Part shown: piece by piece, positions 10,176-23,043 of the stretch
Layout: every line of letters begins with the position of its first letter
Numbering within the stretch: position 1 is the first letter of the stretch
Source of the DNA: Hamiltosporidium tvaerminnensis FI-OER-3-3
Taxonomy: Eukaryota; Fungi; Microsporidia
Direction: 5' to 3'
Length of the DNA: 64,000 bases
NCBI GenBank assembly: GCA_022605425.2
Contig: CM061246.1
Span: 1,240,001 to 1,304,000, forward strand
Translations under genes and position numbers: made by a program
Notes under the pieces: generated by a model
What the model saw: the letters and a program-made list of their open reading frames with translations, nothing else
What the model was told of the DNA's origin: nothing
Database searches by the model: none

Positions 10176-11997
10176 GAGAAATACACAAAAGTGACAATAA
10201 AGACAGATGCAGAATCCCACGCGACTAATCATCTCTTGTTTATTGATGATCTTAAGCTTCTTGCCGAAGATGGACAAACATTGGAAGAAATGACAGAGGA
10301 GGTTAAAAAGTTTATGAATAATATAGGATTGGAAATTAACAAAGAGAAGTCAGCCACTAATGATCCATGTTGTGAAGATACTGCTACTCTTCTTGAAGGA
10401 ATAGGTGTTTATAAATACCTTGGAATTATAGAAGATAGCAGAGGAATTCCAACAAGTAAGTCGTTTGAGGAAGTACAGTCCAAACTTATAGCACGAGTAG
10501 AAAGACTTTGTCGCACGAGATTAAATGCAAGAAATTTATTTCAAGCCATTAATCAACATGCAATTTCTTTACTAAACTATCATATAGGTGTACTCCGACT
10601 TGAACCGGCTGACTTCTCTAAGTTAGATGATGCGGTGCGTGCAGTGTTAGTAAAGAACAAAATACATCTACGCCCAGGATGCAAAGAACGTCTATACCTT
10701 CCACGTAAAGAACTTGGAAGAGGTTTACATAGTGTCGAGTTCAAAAGCGAACATATGCTTTTGCAACTCTTGGATTGTCTGGAAAAACATAAAGATACAT
10801 CGACCAGAAGAGCAGCAATCCTAAAGGTTGAGAATAATAATAAAACCCACCTTTCACTAATTAAAAACTTTTTAAAAATAAAATACGGGTTGGAAGAGGA
10901 AGTCACAAAAAAGAAATTGGAAGAAGCTCAACTAGCTAACCTATATAACGAAATCAAAAACCGAAAACTACATTCAAAGTTATATAGCGCTAGAAATAAC
11001 GAGCTGGTAAGTGTAAATGACTCCTCAAGATGGTTAAAGAAAGGAAGTGTAAGACCACGTGATGAAGCAGTGTTCTGTTATATCCAGGATAGAAATGTTT
11101 TCTGGGGTGCAGAAGGTATGTGTCAACACTGCAACCAGTCTAGGAAAACTGTTGATCACTTAGCAACGAGATGTGAAAAAATGCTTGGTCATGACTATAC
11201 TAGACGACATAATGAAGTGGTACGATGTATACATTTACTCTTGCTGAATAAATATAAGTTTAAGTCTTCGAAACGAATTAGAAGCCACTCAGTTCAAGAA
11301 ATTCTTGATAACGAATATGCAGAGATAAGAGTGGACACCAGAATAAAAACTGATGTCAAGATCCGGTGTAACAGACCAGATATATTTATTTTAGACAAGA
11401 GACAGAATAGGATAACCCTCATTGAAGTAGGAATCACATCCCAAGACTCTCTTCAAATAGTTGAAACAGAGAAGCTTAGGAAGTATGACCTATTAGCAAA
11501 TGAGTTAGGTCTTATTTATAAATGCAATGTAGAGATAATTCCTTATGTGATGACCTGGGACGGTATTGTGACAAAATACCATAAGACGTATGTTAAGAGA
11601 CTGCAAATACCTATGAATGTAGAGGGATATATACAATCCATAGTACTCAAGAAGACAGTCGAAACAATTTCTTTTGATCGACGAAGAAGACTTGAGTCTG
11701 GTCCAAATGCCGAGGAGAGCTGGGAGAGAGCATCATTAAGTGTTATCTTAGGAGCTGAGATGCATAAACAACCAATACCCCCTTTAAAGCAAGTAGACAA
11801 CGAGGAAGATGATGTTAAAACGGAAAATACAAAAAATATTTTACCCCTTATTTTGGATGGCATAACCACAGCAAAGGAACCAACAACTAATACAAATGAA
11901 GAGTTGGAGTTGGAGGAAGAGATAGAAGTGGTTGAAATGGTGGAAAGAATTATTTAAAAAGAAAAATTTGTTAACCCAGAATTTTATTAAATAAAGA
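10176..11997 (+). mobile_element. 5'-truncated REL retrotransposon, second subfamily (ORF 10191-11957)
   Basis: Uninterrupted frame from LFIDD through REL and the acidic tail. 16-bp TSD ATATTGAATTTAATAT at 10160-10175 and 11998-12013. Confidence 0.92.
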
Positions 11998-13411
11998 ATA
12001 TTGAATTTAATATCAAAGGAAATCGCATTTTACACTTTTAAAATTTTCTATTCAGAAATATTAACTATATATCAATCAATTTGTGTATAATGAATTAAAA
12101 ATTGGACATATTATTTTAAAATTACTATTAAAAAAAAGACTAAAGTGCTAACTATTTCCTTATTAAATATTTTCAATCAAAATGATTTATCATATTGTTT
12201 AAATTCGGGTTTTTAATGCACAATTTTATTTAGTAGTGTATTAAATAGTACGAATAGAACATTATTTAGCTATTTTAGAGGAATTTACAGGTATTATTTT
12301 AGGCTTGCTAAGGCAATAACAACTTATAAAAGTCAATTATATTTATAAATTATTTATATAATAGTTTTGAGTTCCAGAACTTAAGATATTAAGTATAATA
12401 CTCAAACATTTTTACGAATAATATAAAATTCTTTAACCAAGTTTTCGGTTTTTGTGATTCTCAAATATTTTTTTTGTATTTTCGAAATTTTCAAAAAAAA
12501 ATTAACTGATTACTGCAAGCTATAAAACAAAAAGAAATCTGTTTTACATTAAATCTGACTAAGAAAATTAAATAATTTTGTTTCTACATGTGTATTCGAA
12601 AATTTTAAATATAAGCCCTATTATAACCTCGTCTATAGTATCATCTAAATTACAAAATTTAATATATTAGTAGTCATTATAAATCTATAGAAGTCTTTTG
12701 ACTGTCGTTTCATAACTATAATTAGCTAGAATTTCACGAATTTATATTTAGCCAGAAACGAAAGGTTCTTTCAAAACTAAACTCATAGAAATAGGATTAA
12801 AATATAGAAAACAGAATCTTTGAAATTATAAGCAGATTCAAATTACAATATTTCCAAAAAACTATAATTATATACTTTTACTTTAAAATCAATCCAAATA
12901 TTAAAATATATTTTTATACTCGACAGGAAGAATTAAAAAAAATATTTATAAGCATTTTGAAAATATTAAAAGATGTTTCAATATTGTTTTTCCTTATACA
13001 TTTATAATTTGAATTCACTAATCACACAGCCTTTTCTAATATTTGGAAATCAAAAGAATATATTTTATGATTATATTGGTAAAGTTACGCAAATTTTTAA
13101 TTAACTAATTGTTTTGAGCAAAATAAATTAAATCACATATAAACAAAAGCAAACAAATTAAAATTTAAACAAAAATTCGAATATCAAATTTTCTCCGGAA
13201 TATCCAATCATTTCTGTTATCAAAGTAACGAACTTATGAAAAAAAAAATAAGATTTTAAACCAAAAGAATAAAAGCTTTCACAAAAATATTTTAATAATT
13301 TTCTAATAAAATATATTTGACTATTTATTTGTTCTTCCATTCACAAATATAAAAATCCAAATATTTTAGTTTTATTAAAAAAATTTGTGTTATTTTTAAA
13401 TAATCTTCAAA

Positions 13412-13414
13412 CCC
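13412..13414 (+). promoter_or_regulatory. Microsporidian CCC promoter motif (representative site)
   Basis: AT tract, then CCC within 15 nt of the ATG. Also at 14824-14827(-), 24571-24574, 44508-44510(-), 46137-46139(-), 50158-50160(-), 51912-51915, 60291-60293(-), 61960-61962 and 647-649. Confidence 0.8.
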
Positions 13415-13418
13415 TCAG

Positions 13419-14144
13419 ATGTCTTCTAGAATTGATTTTGAAGGAAGTAACGAGGTAGGGGCTTTTGCAAGATTGACAAATACATATTGTATTACAGGAA
13501 GAAGTTCAAATAAGAATTTTTATAATGAAATATTCGATAAAGTAAATATCCCAGTAATTGAAACGATAATAAATGGAATTAAGACTGTTGGAAGCCAGTG
13601 TCAAGGAAATAAAAATGGACTTCTTGTACCAATAACAACAACTGACCAAGAATTATATTTTTTACGAAATAATTTACCAGATACTGTTAAAGTAATGCGT
13701 GTTGAAGAACGTCTAAATGCGCTTGGAAATACTTTGATTTGTAACGATCATATTGCTTTACTTCATCCTGATGTAGATAAAGAAACAGAAGAAATGATCA
13801 ATGATGTACTAAAGATAGATGTATTTAGGCATAATATCGGTTTTGAACCGCTTGTAGGAACCTTCGCAGCATTAAATAATGTCGGAATGTTGGTTCACCC
13901 ACATGTTACGGATGAAGAAATGGAGGAGTTGGCTAATATGCTTGAAGTTCAAGTGATTGCTGGAACTGTTAACAAAGGTAGTGGATGTATCGGAGGTGGA
14001 ATGATCGTTAATGATTGGATCAGTTTTTGCGGTATTCAAACGACAAACACAGAATTTTTAGTCATCGAAACAGTGTTTAAACTAAGCGATTCTGATTTGT
14101 TTGATTCGAAGAAAGAATTTTTCATAGATGGAATCGTAAAATAA
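13419..14144 (+). CDS. TIF6: Translation initiation factor 6
   Basis: FEGSNEVGAFARLTNTY, GNKNGLLVP, RVEERLNALGN, AGTVNKGS. CCC motif upstream. Confidence 0.96.
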   Translation: MSSRIDFEGSNEVGAFARLTNTYCITGRSSNKNFYNEIFDKVNIPVIETIINGIKTVGSQCQGNKNGLLVPITTTDQELYFLRNNLPDTVKVMRVEERLNALGNTLICNDHIALLHPDVDKETEEMINDVLKIDVFRHNIGFEPLVGTFAALNNVGMLVHPHVTDEEMEELANMLEVQVIAGTVNKGSGCIGGGMIVNDWISFCGIQTTNTEFLVIETVFKLSDSDLFDSKKEFFIDGIVK

Positions 14145-14517
14145 AACATTTCTAATAATTTTAAATATTTTTTCAACTTTTTTTTATGTTTTATCAAGAA
14201 TATATTTTAAAAATGGAACGAAATTGTGTAGAATATATGAAAGCTTCTTAAAAATTACAATTGCTAATTATACAATTTAAATTGAAAATATTTTTTTATT
14301 ACTTTTTTAGAATACAAATTCATAGAATTTGAAGATGAAAATTAGCAACCAATCAAAGGCTTTCTTTTAAAAAAATTTTATTTTCATACTTTATATCTCT
14401 TCAGAATGTTTAAGAAGAGATTACATTTTACGAAGGAACTTTTTTCTAACCTTTGTCAAAAAGCAACTATTATATGTTTAACATACAAAATTTTTGATTT
14501 AGATTGTTTCTCTTATT

Positions 14518-14823
14518 TTAAATATTTTTTTCTAAATTTACAAATTGTTCACAAAGTTCATTTATTTCAGTTTCAAAAGACTTCAAAATTTCTATAATTA
14601 GTGATTTGACATTTATGGATCTAATAGCGGTTACACGAATATGAACGTTGTTATCTAACGGATGTACAATCTTATATGCGCTAAATGTACATCTTTGATC
14701 TTTAAGAAATCTTTCAGTTATCATATTTGCAAGTGTATGTGATTCATCGTGAATTATGAATTCAACTGTATTTGGTGTTTTTTTGTCATATTCAATTGTA
14801 AGTTTTTTTATTTCTTCAGTCAT
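14518..14823 (-). CDS. RPB11: RNA polymerase II subunit RPB11
   Basis: DKKTPNTV, ESHTLAN, FSAYKIVHPL (RPB11-type rather than the AC19-type CGYSIPHP). Confidence 0.88.
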   Translation of the reverse strand: MTEEIKKLTIEYDKKTPNTVEFIIHDESHTLANMITERFLKDQRCTFSAYKIVHPLDNNVHIRVTAIRSINVKSLIIEILKSFETEINELCEQFVNLEKNI

Positions 14824-15184
14824 GGGGAAATAAAGAATTTAATTTTTTAAAAACCAATAAACCACGAAAAACTATTTATGAAAGAAGTATGTAAAAATTA
14901 GTTGTAACTAAAAGAATAAAATAAAACTAGCTATGAAATAATTAAACAAATAATAGTTTAAAAAGAATTTTTAATCTGCGAAATTTGCGTTTTTTACAAA
15001 GTTTTACTTTGAAAAATTTAAGTTAAATAATTTTGAAATACTTTTTTGTTTTATGTTTGTAAACTTAGATTTTGAATTATTCAATTTGAAAAAGCAAAAA
15101 ATTGAATATAAACATGTAAAGAAATAAATAGTCAACTAATTAATAATGTGCTAACTTAATTCTAATAAATAAAAATATCATATT

Positions 15185-15802
15185 TTCTGATGTCAAAATT
15201 GGGAATATAGCCTCGATATATATATTTTAGACAAGAGGCAGAATAAGATAACCCTCTTTGATGTAGGGATTAATTCCCAAGATTCATTTCAAATGGTCAA
15301 AAAATTGGAGCTTAGAAAATAGACTTATAAGCAATTGAGTAGGTCTTGTTTAAAAATATAGTGTAGAACTGATTTCTTATGTGATGACTGGGGCGATATT
15401 GTAGCAAAACACCATAAGAATTATGTCAAATAACAAATACTCGGCAATATAGAAGCATAAATTTAGTTGATAGTTCTCAAAATGACAGTCGAAACAACAC
15501 TTTTGATTGACGAAGAGGACTTGCGTCTCGACCAAATGCCGAAGAGAGCTGGGAAAGAGCGTCATTAAGTGTTATTGAAGGAGTTGATACACATAAACAA
15601 TCAACAACTTCTTTATAGCAAATAAACAATGAGGAAGATGGTGTTAACACAGAAAATACAAAAAATGTTTTACTTCTTATTTTAGATGATTTAATCAATG
15701 TAAATGAAGAGTCGGAGTTAGAGGAAGAGATAGAAATGTTAAAACGATGGAAATAATTATTTAAGAGAAAATATTTGTTAACTCTGAATTTTTTGAAATA
15801 AA
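15185..15802 (+). pseudogene. Decayed 3' fragment of the REL retrotransposon
   Basis: Recognisable DNA homology to 11345-11995 with many frameshifts. Ends AACTCTGAATTTTTTGAAATAAA. Confidence 0.85.
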
Positions 15803-15948
15803 TATCATATTTTATCAATAATGCTCATCAAATGTTTACGAAAAAGTTTTGGTATATATTCTAACTCATATCCAAAATAATAATGATACTATGAGTTGCG
15901 CAATATGATTTAATAATTTTTTAGTAGACTTAAAATTTTTTTTTTCAT

Positions 15949-16663
15949 GTAGGATGAGGGATGATTACAACCTTAAGAACTATGTCTTTTGCAAAGTTTA
16001 GGTTTAAATTCTTTTAAATTTCTTCGTTTGAACTTTTAGTCTAATAAAAACCACAATAAATTTTTGAAAGGGTATTAGAATTATTTTAAGTATAAAATCA
16101 TCTACAGAATGATGAAAAACTTTCTAAAAACTTTTTTTATAGGTTTTTATATAATAAGATTAAAATTTGAAGCTGGTTTTGTAAGAATTGCGATTCGAAA
16201 GCATTTAAATCTGGCTTTCTTCACTCAGGTTCGAATAATTTTTACATGTAAGATAAAAAATCTTATAAAGCCAGGAAGCCCAAGAAGCCAGCTAATCTTG
16301 TCGATATGACATTTCGGAGTCTAAGTAGATTAAATCTAAGTCGCCTATATATATCTTTATTGGAAGTTGATTCGGCTAGGGATGTGTATCTTAAGGGGAA
16401 ACGCTTTTAAGCTCGATGAGCCAAAAGTGAATTTAGGCCTGTGATCACACTTTAAGCAATAACATCAAGGAACTTCAGACAACTTACACGTTCATTAAAT
16501 AGGTTATTTTCTTCCTATGGATTAAAAGAAATGGGATGTGGGTATCTTAGTGTATATTGATAGTATGCTGAGGTGCAGTTATCGATGTAAAATTATAAAT
16601 CTGCCAATGCCATGACAAAAATATTACACCAAATAAAAGATGGCAGATTTCGTAAATAATAAA
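15949..16663 (+). mobile_element. ~720-nt non-coding family, highly diverged copy F
   Basis: Colinear anchors: head-like start, TTCACTC, AAGCCAGG, TATGACATT, ATATATCTT, GGAACT, GGTATC, A-rich end. Similar length to the other copies. Confidence 0.55.
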
Positions 16664-17334
16664 AATATTTGTGTCTGAAAGTACAAACTTTTGTGAAATA
16701 ATTTTTTTTGTTTCTGAAATAATTTTACATTATTTTCTAATATAATATCTTTTTGCTTTCGGTTTTTCAATAAGTCTTAAGTTTTATAAATTCTATAGTT
16801 ATTTACAGTAAGTTTTACATTAAAAAACCAAATTAATGAATTTAAAACCAAAAATTTGCTAACAAATTTAATATCTTTAAATATTTTTAATTCCGAGGCA
16901 TAGATTTGAATTAATAGATTCCTAAACAATAAAATTTTGGTCTATCAATACTTTTTGGTAAAAATAATTCTTTAAGTTCCAGTTCGAAGACTAAATAAAA
17001 TTGCGATGTTAACATTTTTAAATATTCCTAGCCTTCAATTCTTAAACATAATAAAAAAATCGATATTTATTAAAACTAATATCTAAATATTTTAAATTTT
17101 AATTATTTATCTATAACTTCTCATATTTTCTAAAAATAAATGATTGTATTTTTAACAAATCTTTTTTAAAAAAATAAAAACCTTCTGATTTGCAATTTTT
17201 TGATGCGTAAATGATTCTCTCTTTTGTCTATATAGAGAGACATAAGTGATTGATTTTTATTTAACTTTTTTTTAATTTAACGTATAATTTATTTTAAAAT
17301 TTAGTTATTTAAATAAACTAAAATTTTATAGACC

Positions 17335-17603
17335 ATGTATTTCTCTGTCACCGGTTGTTATGCTTTTATTTGCTTTATTTCTTTAATATTGAAAGTTGTT
17401 TGTACTGGGGAAAATGAGGCAGGCTTGTATCCAATACAATGAGTGTTAATAAAAGTTGTTCGACTAAAAAGCCTTCAAATGAAAGGAATGAGAAGCCGTC
17501 TAAAAATAGTGGTGGAACTGGCAAAAATGATGATTGCAGACGAAATGAAAGACCTGTAAATCAGGATCGAAATATTTTCCCTATGCCTCCTTTCAGACAT
17601 TAA
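17335..17603 (+). pseudogene. Small secreted protein split across two frames
   Basis: MYFSVTGCYAFICFISLILKVVCT is signal-peptide-like and stops at 17440-17442. An overlapping frame continues NKSCSTKKPSNERNEKP...MPPFRH* to 17603. GC content is higher than the flanks. Confidence 0.5.
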
Positions 17604-19160
17604 TGTTAAAATTCGAATGATTAAAAAAAACTTTAACTGTAAAATTTTTGTTAAGAAAGTAAATTTTATGTTCTTTTATTGATTATAATACTTTTTTTAT
17701 CTTTACTGAAACTAAATATCATTATTGCAATAAGTAAAATTATAAGAAACTGATATTACTAAAAGCTTGATAGATGAAATCAAGGCGAAATAAAGAAATT
17801 AAACGGTAGAATGTTTTATTTGGCTAATGTAATATTATTCTACATTATGCTTAAAAACAAATTTAATTTAGAATAATATCTCATATATACATTTAATGAA
17901 TTATTTAGCCTATTTCCTTATCGATAAGAGAACCGGAGTCAATTCTAAAGCTATTAGATTCGCAAATCATATGCCTAAAATATAGCCATTATATAGAAAT
18001 AAGCTTATACTAAAACCTTGATTACACATACTTGCAATCAGGAAAGAGTTAAGGACTAAATAAACTCAAATATTGTTGAACCTTAACGAGCGAATAACAA
18101 AATTGAATTAAACTATTGCTCAAAATATATAAAAAAAAATAAATTTAATTAAAAGACGGTAGAATAAAATGAGTTATCAGATAAAATAAAGCAAAAGAAT
18201 AAAGCGATAGAAATAACCTTTCGTTGAATACTCTGGTGCTCTTTGATTCGAGGTAGAAGATAGAAAATCTTTGTACATATATTTTCTGTGAAATACAACG
18301 TTATTTCAATTATGTATTCTTATTCGAACGCAAATATATTTATTAAATCTAAAGTTAAGAAAATATAGCCCGGTGAAACTGGATAAATAATTTAGTAGCC
18401 ATTATATACGTTATTTTGAGGCTATTAGTTAGCTTAGCATATATATATTTCAGGATTTTAAACTTTTAACACCAAACTTTTAGGTTTAATAAAAGCAAAA
18501 TTTTATGGTCTTTTTAAAAATGATCAAATGATTTTTTTAATAGTCTATGATATTATAATATTTTTTTAAAAAAAGAATTTGAATCTAAAAAATAGGTGTG
18601 GAAATACAAATAGAAGGTAAGAACACTATTATTACAAATAAAATAATAATTATTGATGAAATGATGTGTTAAAATTAATCATATTAATAAGACTTTACTT
18701 CGGATACTAAAATAATTAAAATGATTTGTAAAGAGATAATTACTGCATATGTGTTGTATAAGACATGGAAAAAATATCGGAATTACTTTACCAGTATTTA
18801 ACGGCTGACAATCCATTTTATTAAAATATTTAGCAACTTCCTATTCTTTACCATACTAAGCAATTATATCATTCTTAAGTTTTACATAAAGCAAATAATT
18901 TGAAGAGCTTGTTAATTAAAATAAAAAATAACTTTTATTCAAAGTTTTTTTTAGTTTAATTCTATAAAAATAAGAAATTAAATATTAGTACGTTTAGAAA
19001 AATTTTAGATTCGAAATATTTATTGAATGAAGTAATAACTTAATTCATAATTAAAATTTTGTTAAATTAAAAATTCTACGCCGAAAGGTACAAGAGGATT
19101 AAAAATAAAAAATTAAGTCCAAAAAAATCGAATAAAAGATATAAAATAATAAGGGATTTA

Positions 19161-19793
19161 CTAAACATCGTGAATAGTTAGATAATTTTCTAACCCTAAA
19201 ATAGAGGATTCGATAGAATCTGCTTCTAGTTCCAAGTCGAAAATATCTGAACTATTCAAACCATCTGCTCTTATTGAGTGGCTTAGAGCTCGAATACTAT
19301 TTCCAATCTTTTGGATATTTTTCACACATTTTGATTTGATTTTTATGTTTCTTATATTTGTGATTCGATCTCTACAATTATCAAGTCGGATATTTTCAAG
19401 TTTTACTCTTTCGTTCAGATTTTTCAATCTTTTACCCGTATCGCCTTTGGATCTACATACACTTACACCAGGTTCCTTAAATCCGCAAGAAAACTCGGAA
19501 TGGACATGTTCTCTTTCATCTAAAAGAAAAGATTTCTTCAAATGATTGCGGCATGCTTCATCGAATGAAAGATGTCGGCTGTGACACGGAATCCTTTTTT
19601 CTTGTATTTTATGACCTGAACAGCTTCTACTTTTACAGCATTTCGAATCATCAGAACTAGAAGAAGATGATTTACGTCCATAATATTTCTTTTTAGCACA
19701 GCATTGAGAATTACTTGCTCCAAAAACATAATCAAAAGTACCTATTATTGTTATCACATATAATAACCTTCGATTATAATTACCGATATTCAT
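19161..19793 (-). CDS. Putative secreted Cys/Ser-rich protein
   Basis: 210-aa ORF with a hydrophobic N-terminus, CC pairs, a poly-Ser run and a coiled-coil-like C-terminus. TATATAAA upstream. Confidence 0.75.
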   Translation of the reverse strand: MNIGNYNRRLLYVITIIGTFDYVFGASNSQCCAKKKYYGRKSSSSSSDDSKCCKSRSCSGHKIQEKRIPCHSRHLSFDEACRNHLKKSFLLDEREHVHSEFSCGFKEPGVSVCRSKGDTGKRLKNLNERVKLENIRLDNCRDRITNIRNIKIKSKCVKNIQKIGNSIRALSHSIRADGLNSSDIFDLELEADSIESSILGLENYLTIHDV

Positions 19794-20122
19794 GGTTTTC
19801 TCTGTTTCAGTTTCATTTATATATCTGTTTTAATAAATTAATTTAATTAATTTGTGAGTTTTGTTCCACATTTAATTAATTTTTTATTTAATATTGATTG
19901 TGATTTATAGGAAATATAAACAAAGCATTTAAAGTGTTATTTAAAAATTAAAAATTAATTAATAATTAAATAAAATATATTAATGAAATTATTACAAATA
20001 AAATCATAGTTCATTTGAAATATATTAAATATTTTTTTCGTTTTTCATGAGAAATATGTTCATATACTCTTTATATATAGAAGTAAAAGTTATAAATTAT
20101 ATTTATATTTGTATAATGTACC

Positions 20123-21501
20123 AAGTTAGATGATGAAATGCGTGCGGTGTTGGTGAAAAAAAAAGATACATCTCCGCCCAGGATGTAAAGAGCGTTTGTA
20201 TCTTCCTAGAACAGAACTTGGAAGAGGCCTACATAGTGTTGAGTTGCGAAGCGAACATATGCTTCTGCAACTCTTGGATTGTCTGGAAAAAAGTAAAGAA
20301 ATATCCACTAGACGAGCAGCAATCCTCAAGGTGGAGAATAATAATAAACCCCATCTTGCACTAATAAAAGGCTTCTTAAAAGTAAAGTACAGGTTGGTAG
20401 AAGAAGTCACTAAGAAAAGTTTAGAAGAAGCTCAACTTGCAAAACTATATAACGAAATAGAAAAACGAAAACTCCATTCAAAGTTATATAATGCAAGAAA
20501 AAATGAGCTTGTAAGTGTTAGTGACTCTTCAAAATGGCTAAAGAGAAGAAATATTAGGCCACGAAATGAAGCTGTGTTTTGCTATATCCAGGATAGAAAT
20601 GTATTCTGGGGAGCAGATGGTGTGTGTCAACATTGCGGGAAGTCTGGTAAGACTGTGGATCATCTAGCAACTAGATGTGAAAAAATGCAAGGCCATGATT
20701 ACACTAGACGGCATAATGAAGTGGTTAGATGCCTACACCTTCTTCTTCTAAATAGATATAAGTTTAAGTCTTCAAAACGAATAAGGAGCCACTCAGTTCA
20801 AGAAATTCTTGATAATGAGTATGCAGAGATAAGAGTGGACACCAGAATTAAAACTGATGTTAAAATTCGGAATAACAGACCAGACATATTTATTTTAGAT
20901 AAGAAGAAGAATAAGATAACACTCATTGAAGTAGGAATCACTTCCCAAGATTCACTTCAAATAGTTGAAACTGAAAAACTTAGGAAGTATGACCTGCTAG
21001 CCAATGAGTTGGGACTTATTTATAAGTGTAGTGTTGAGATAATCCCTTATGTGATGACCTGGGACGGTATTGTGACAAAATACCATAAATCTCATCTTAA
21101 AAGACTAGAAATACCCAAATGTAGAGGCATACATTCAGTCTATAGTACTTAAGAAAACAGTCGAAACAATTTCCTTTGATCGACGAAGAGGACTTGAGTC
21201 AGGACTAAATGCCGAAGAGAGCTGGGAGAGAGCGTCAATGGGTGTTATTATGAGAGCAGAGATGCATGAGGAACCAACACCCCCTTTTAAAGAAGCGAAA
21301 ACAGAGGAAGATGGTGCAAAGAATTTTAAAACAAAATATAAAGCACCCTTTATTTTACAAGGAGGAACCACTTTAGAGGAACCGACCAATAACATAAATG
21401 AAGAGTCGGATTTGGAAGAAGAGACAAAAGTGGTCAAAGAGGTAGAAGAAAACATGTAAAAATGGTAAAAAATATTTTAACCCAGAATTTTATTAAATAA
21501 A
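20123..21501 (+). mobile_element. 5'-truncated, frameshifted REL retrotransposon copy
   Basis: Near-identical to 3078-4455. Indels at ~20160 and ~21117. Family 3' end present. Confidence 0.92.
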
Positions 21502-21804
21502 TTAAGAACATAAATTTTTTTATATTATTCTTAATGATCAATTCTGAAAGTTGAATTCTAAAAAAAATTTTTTTATTTGTGAAAAACATTAGAAATTTTA
21601 TATATATAAATGAAAAGTATTGGCGAGTTAATATTTTCTCATTATGTCTACATAGAAAAAAAACCAACATATTCTTCTAATTTGAATATTTTTATTTTTA
21701 ATTTAAATTTATAATATAGAAAGAAAAAATAGATATCAAATATTTACCCTATTTGTCAATTTATAAATTTTTAATCAATATATTAAGGAAAAAAATATAA
21801 ATCC

Positions 21805-22170
21805 ATGATAAATGATAAAACTCATTACAAAGAAGATTTATCTCTCTTTGTATATTTTATATCTAAAATACACCGATTGGAACCATCTTATGAGAAGTAT
21901 GCTCAAGAGAATATTGAAAAGCCTATGAAATATGATTCCTTAATACAATCAAAAAACTTACTAAGATTTAAAAGTAAAAACACTGAATCAAAGGAACACT
22001 TTATACCTATATTTACTAATTTAAGTTATATTCCGATATCATATGATGATGATAAGTTTTTATGCAAATATTGTAAAATCAGATATGTTTATAAGCGGTG
22101 TTTAATATCACATATAAGAAGAAAACATATAAAACCATTTTCGGGAGTAAAATTTAACTATTTTGAATAA
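21805..22170 (+). CDS. Single C2H2 zinc-finger protein
   Basis: FLCKYCKIRYVYKRCLISHIRRKH. Confidence 0.75.
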   Translation: MINDKTHYKEDLSLFVYFISKIHRLEPSYEKYAQENIEKPMKYDSLIQSKNLLRFKSKNTESKEHFIPIFTNLSYIPISYDDDKFLCKYCKIRYVYKRCLISHIRRKHIKPFSGVKFNYFE

Positions 22171-22647
22171 AATTAATATTTAATTGTTTTTTATTTAATT
22201 ATAACTATATATTTCTTTTGAGTTAAGATGTTTTAAACGAACTAAAATATTACTATATTAGATATTAATTTGCCTCGAAGATATATATTTTAAAATATAT
22301 TATTTTTTTGATAAGCAAAAGCGAAATAATTCGAGTAAAATTCATTTATGTAACGATTAAAATAAGATTAAAAAAGTTTTTTTTAATTGAAGAATTAATT
22401 ATTTTAGGAACCAGCATTAATATTAACACAAAGAAATTTTAAAGATATTTGATTTATATTATTTTTGAACTTTATCAAATAAGCCAGTTGATAACTACAA
22501 ACAAAAGCTATTGCTATTCCCAGAACCATATTATCTTGTGTAAAGTTGGATTTAATATCTTTTGATTGATAAAAAAAGCTAGAAAATCCGAATCCTTAGA
22601 GTAAAAAAGACTTTTATTAGAAATTATTATTTTGCATAAAATAAAAA

Positions 22648-22776
22648 TTATGAGGTTGACAACCTAACCAATCAAAAGAAAATTGTCTTTAGAACACCTA
22701 GAACTTAGCGAAGCTATGATTCATCATTGGATGATTGTGTTCTATCCGCAGGGAAGGAGCGAGCTATTAAATATAA
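22648..22776 (+). mobile_element. 5'-truncated copy of the tRNA-derived SINE
   Basis: Homologous to 8957-9080. Possible TSD ATAAAATAAAAAT at 22636-22648 and 22777-22789. Confidence 0.75.
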
Positions 22777-23043
22777 ATAAAATAAAAATATTCAAAAAAT
22801 TTGATTAATATGATTAGAAGTCGAACATGGAATTATTTTTAACAGGAACAGGTATTAAATTTTTGATTATTAAAAAAAAAGAGAGACATAAAAAATCTAA
22901 TTTATGAATAACTATATGAATAAAATTAAGTTTTTAAAACCATGCTGCATTAGTCTAGTAGGAAAGAGAAACAACTATATAACATGATAATGTTCAAAAA
23001 CATTTAAATATGTATGTGTAAATATTATTTATCTATTATGTTT

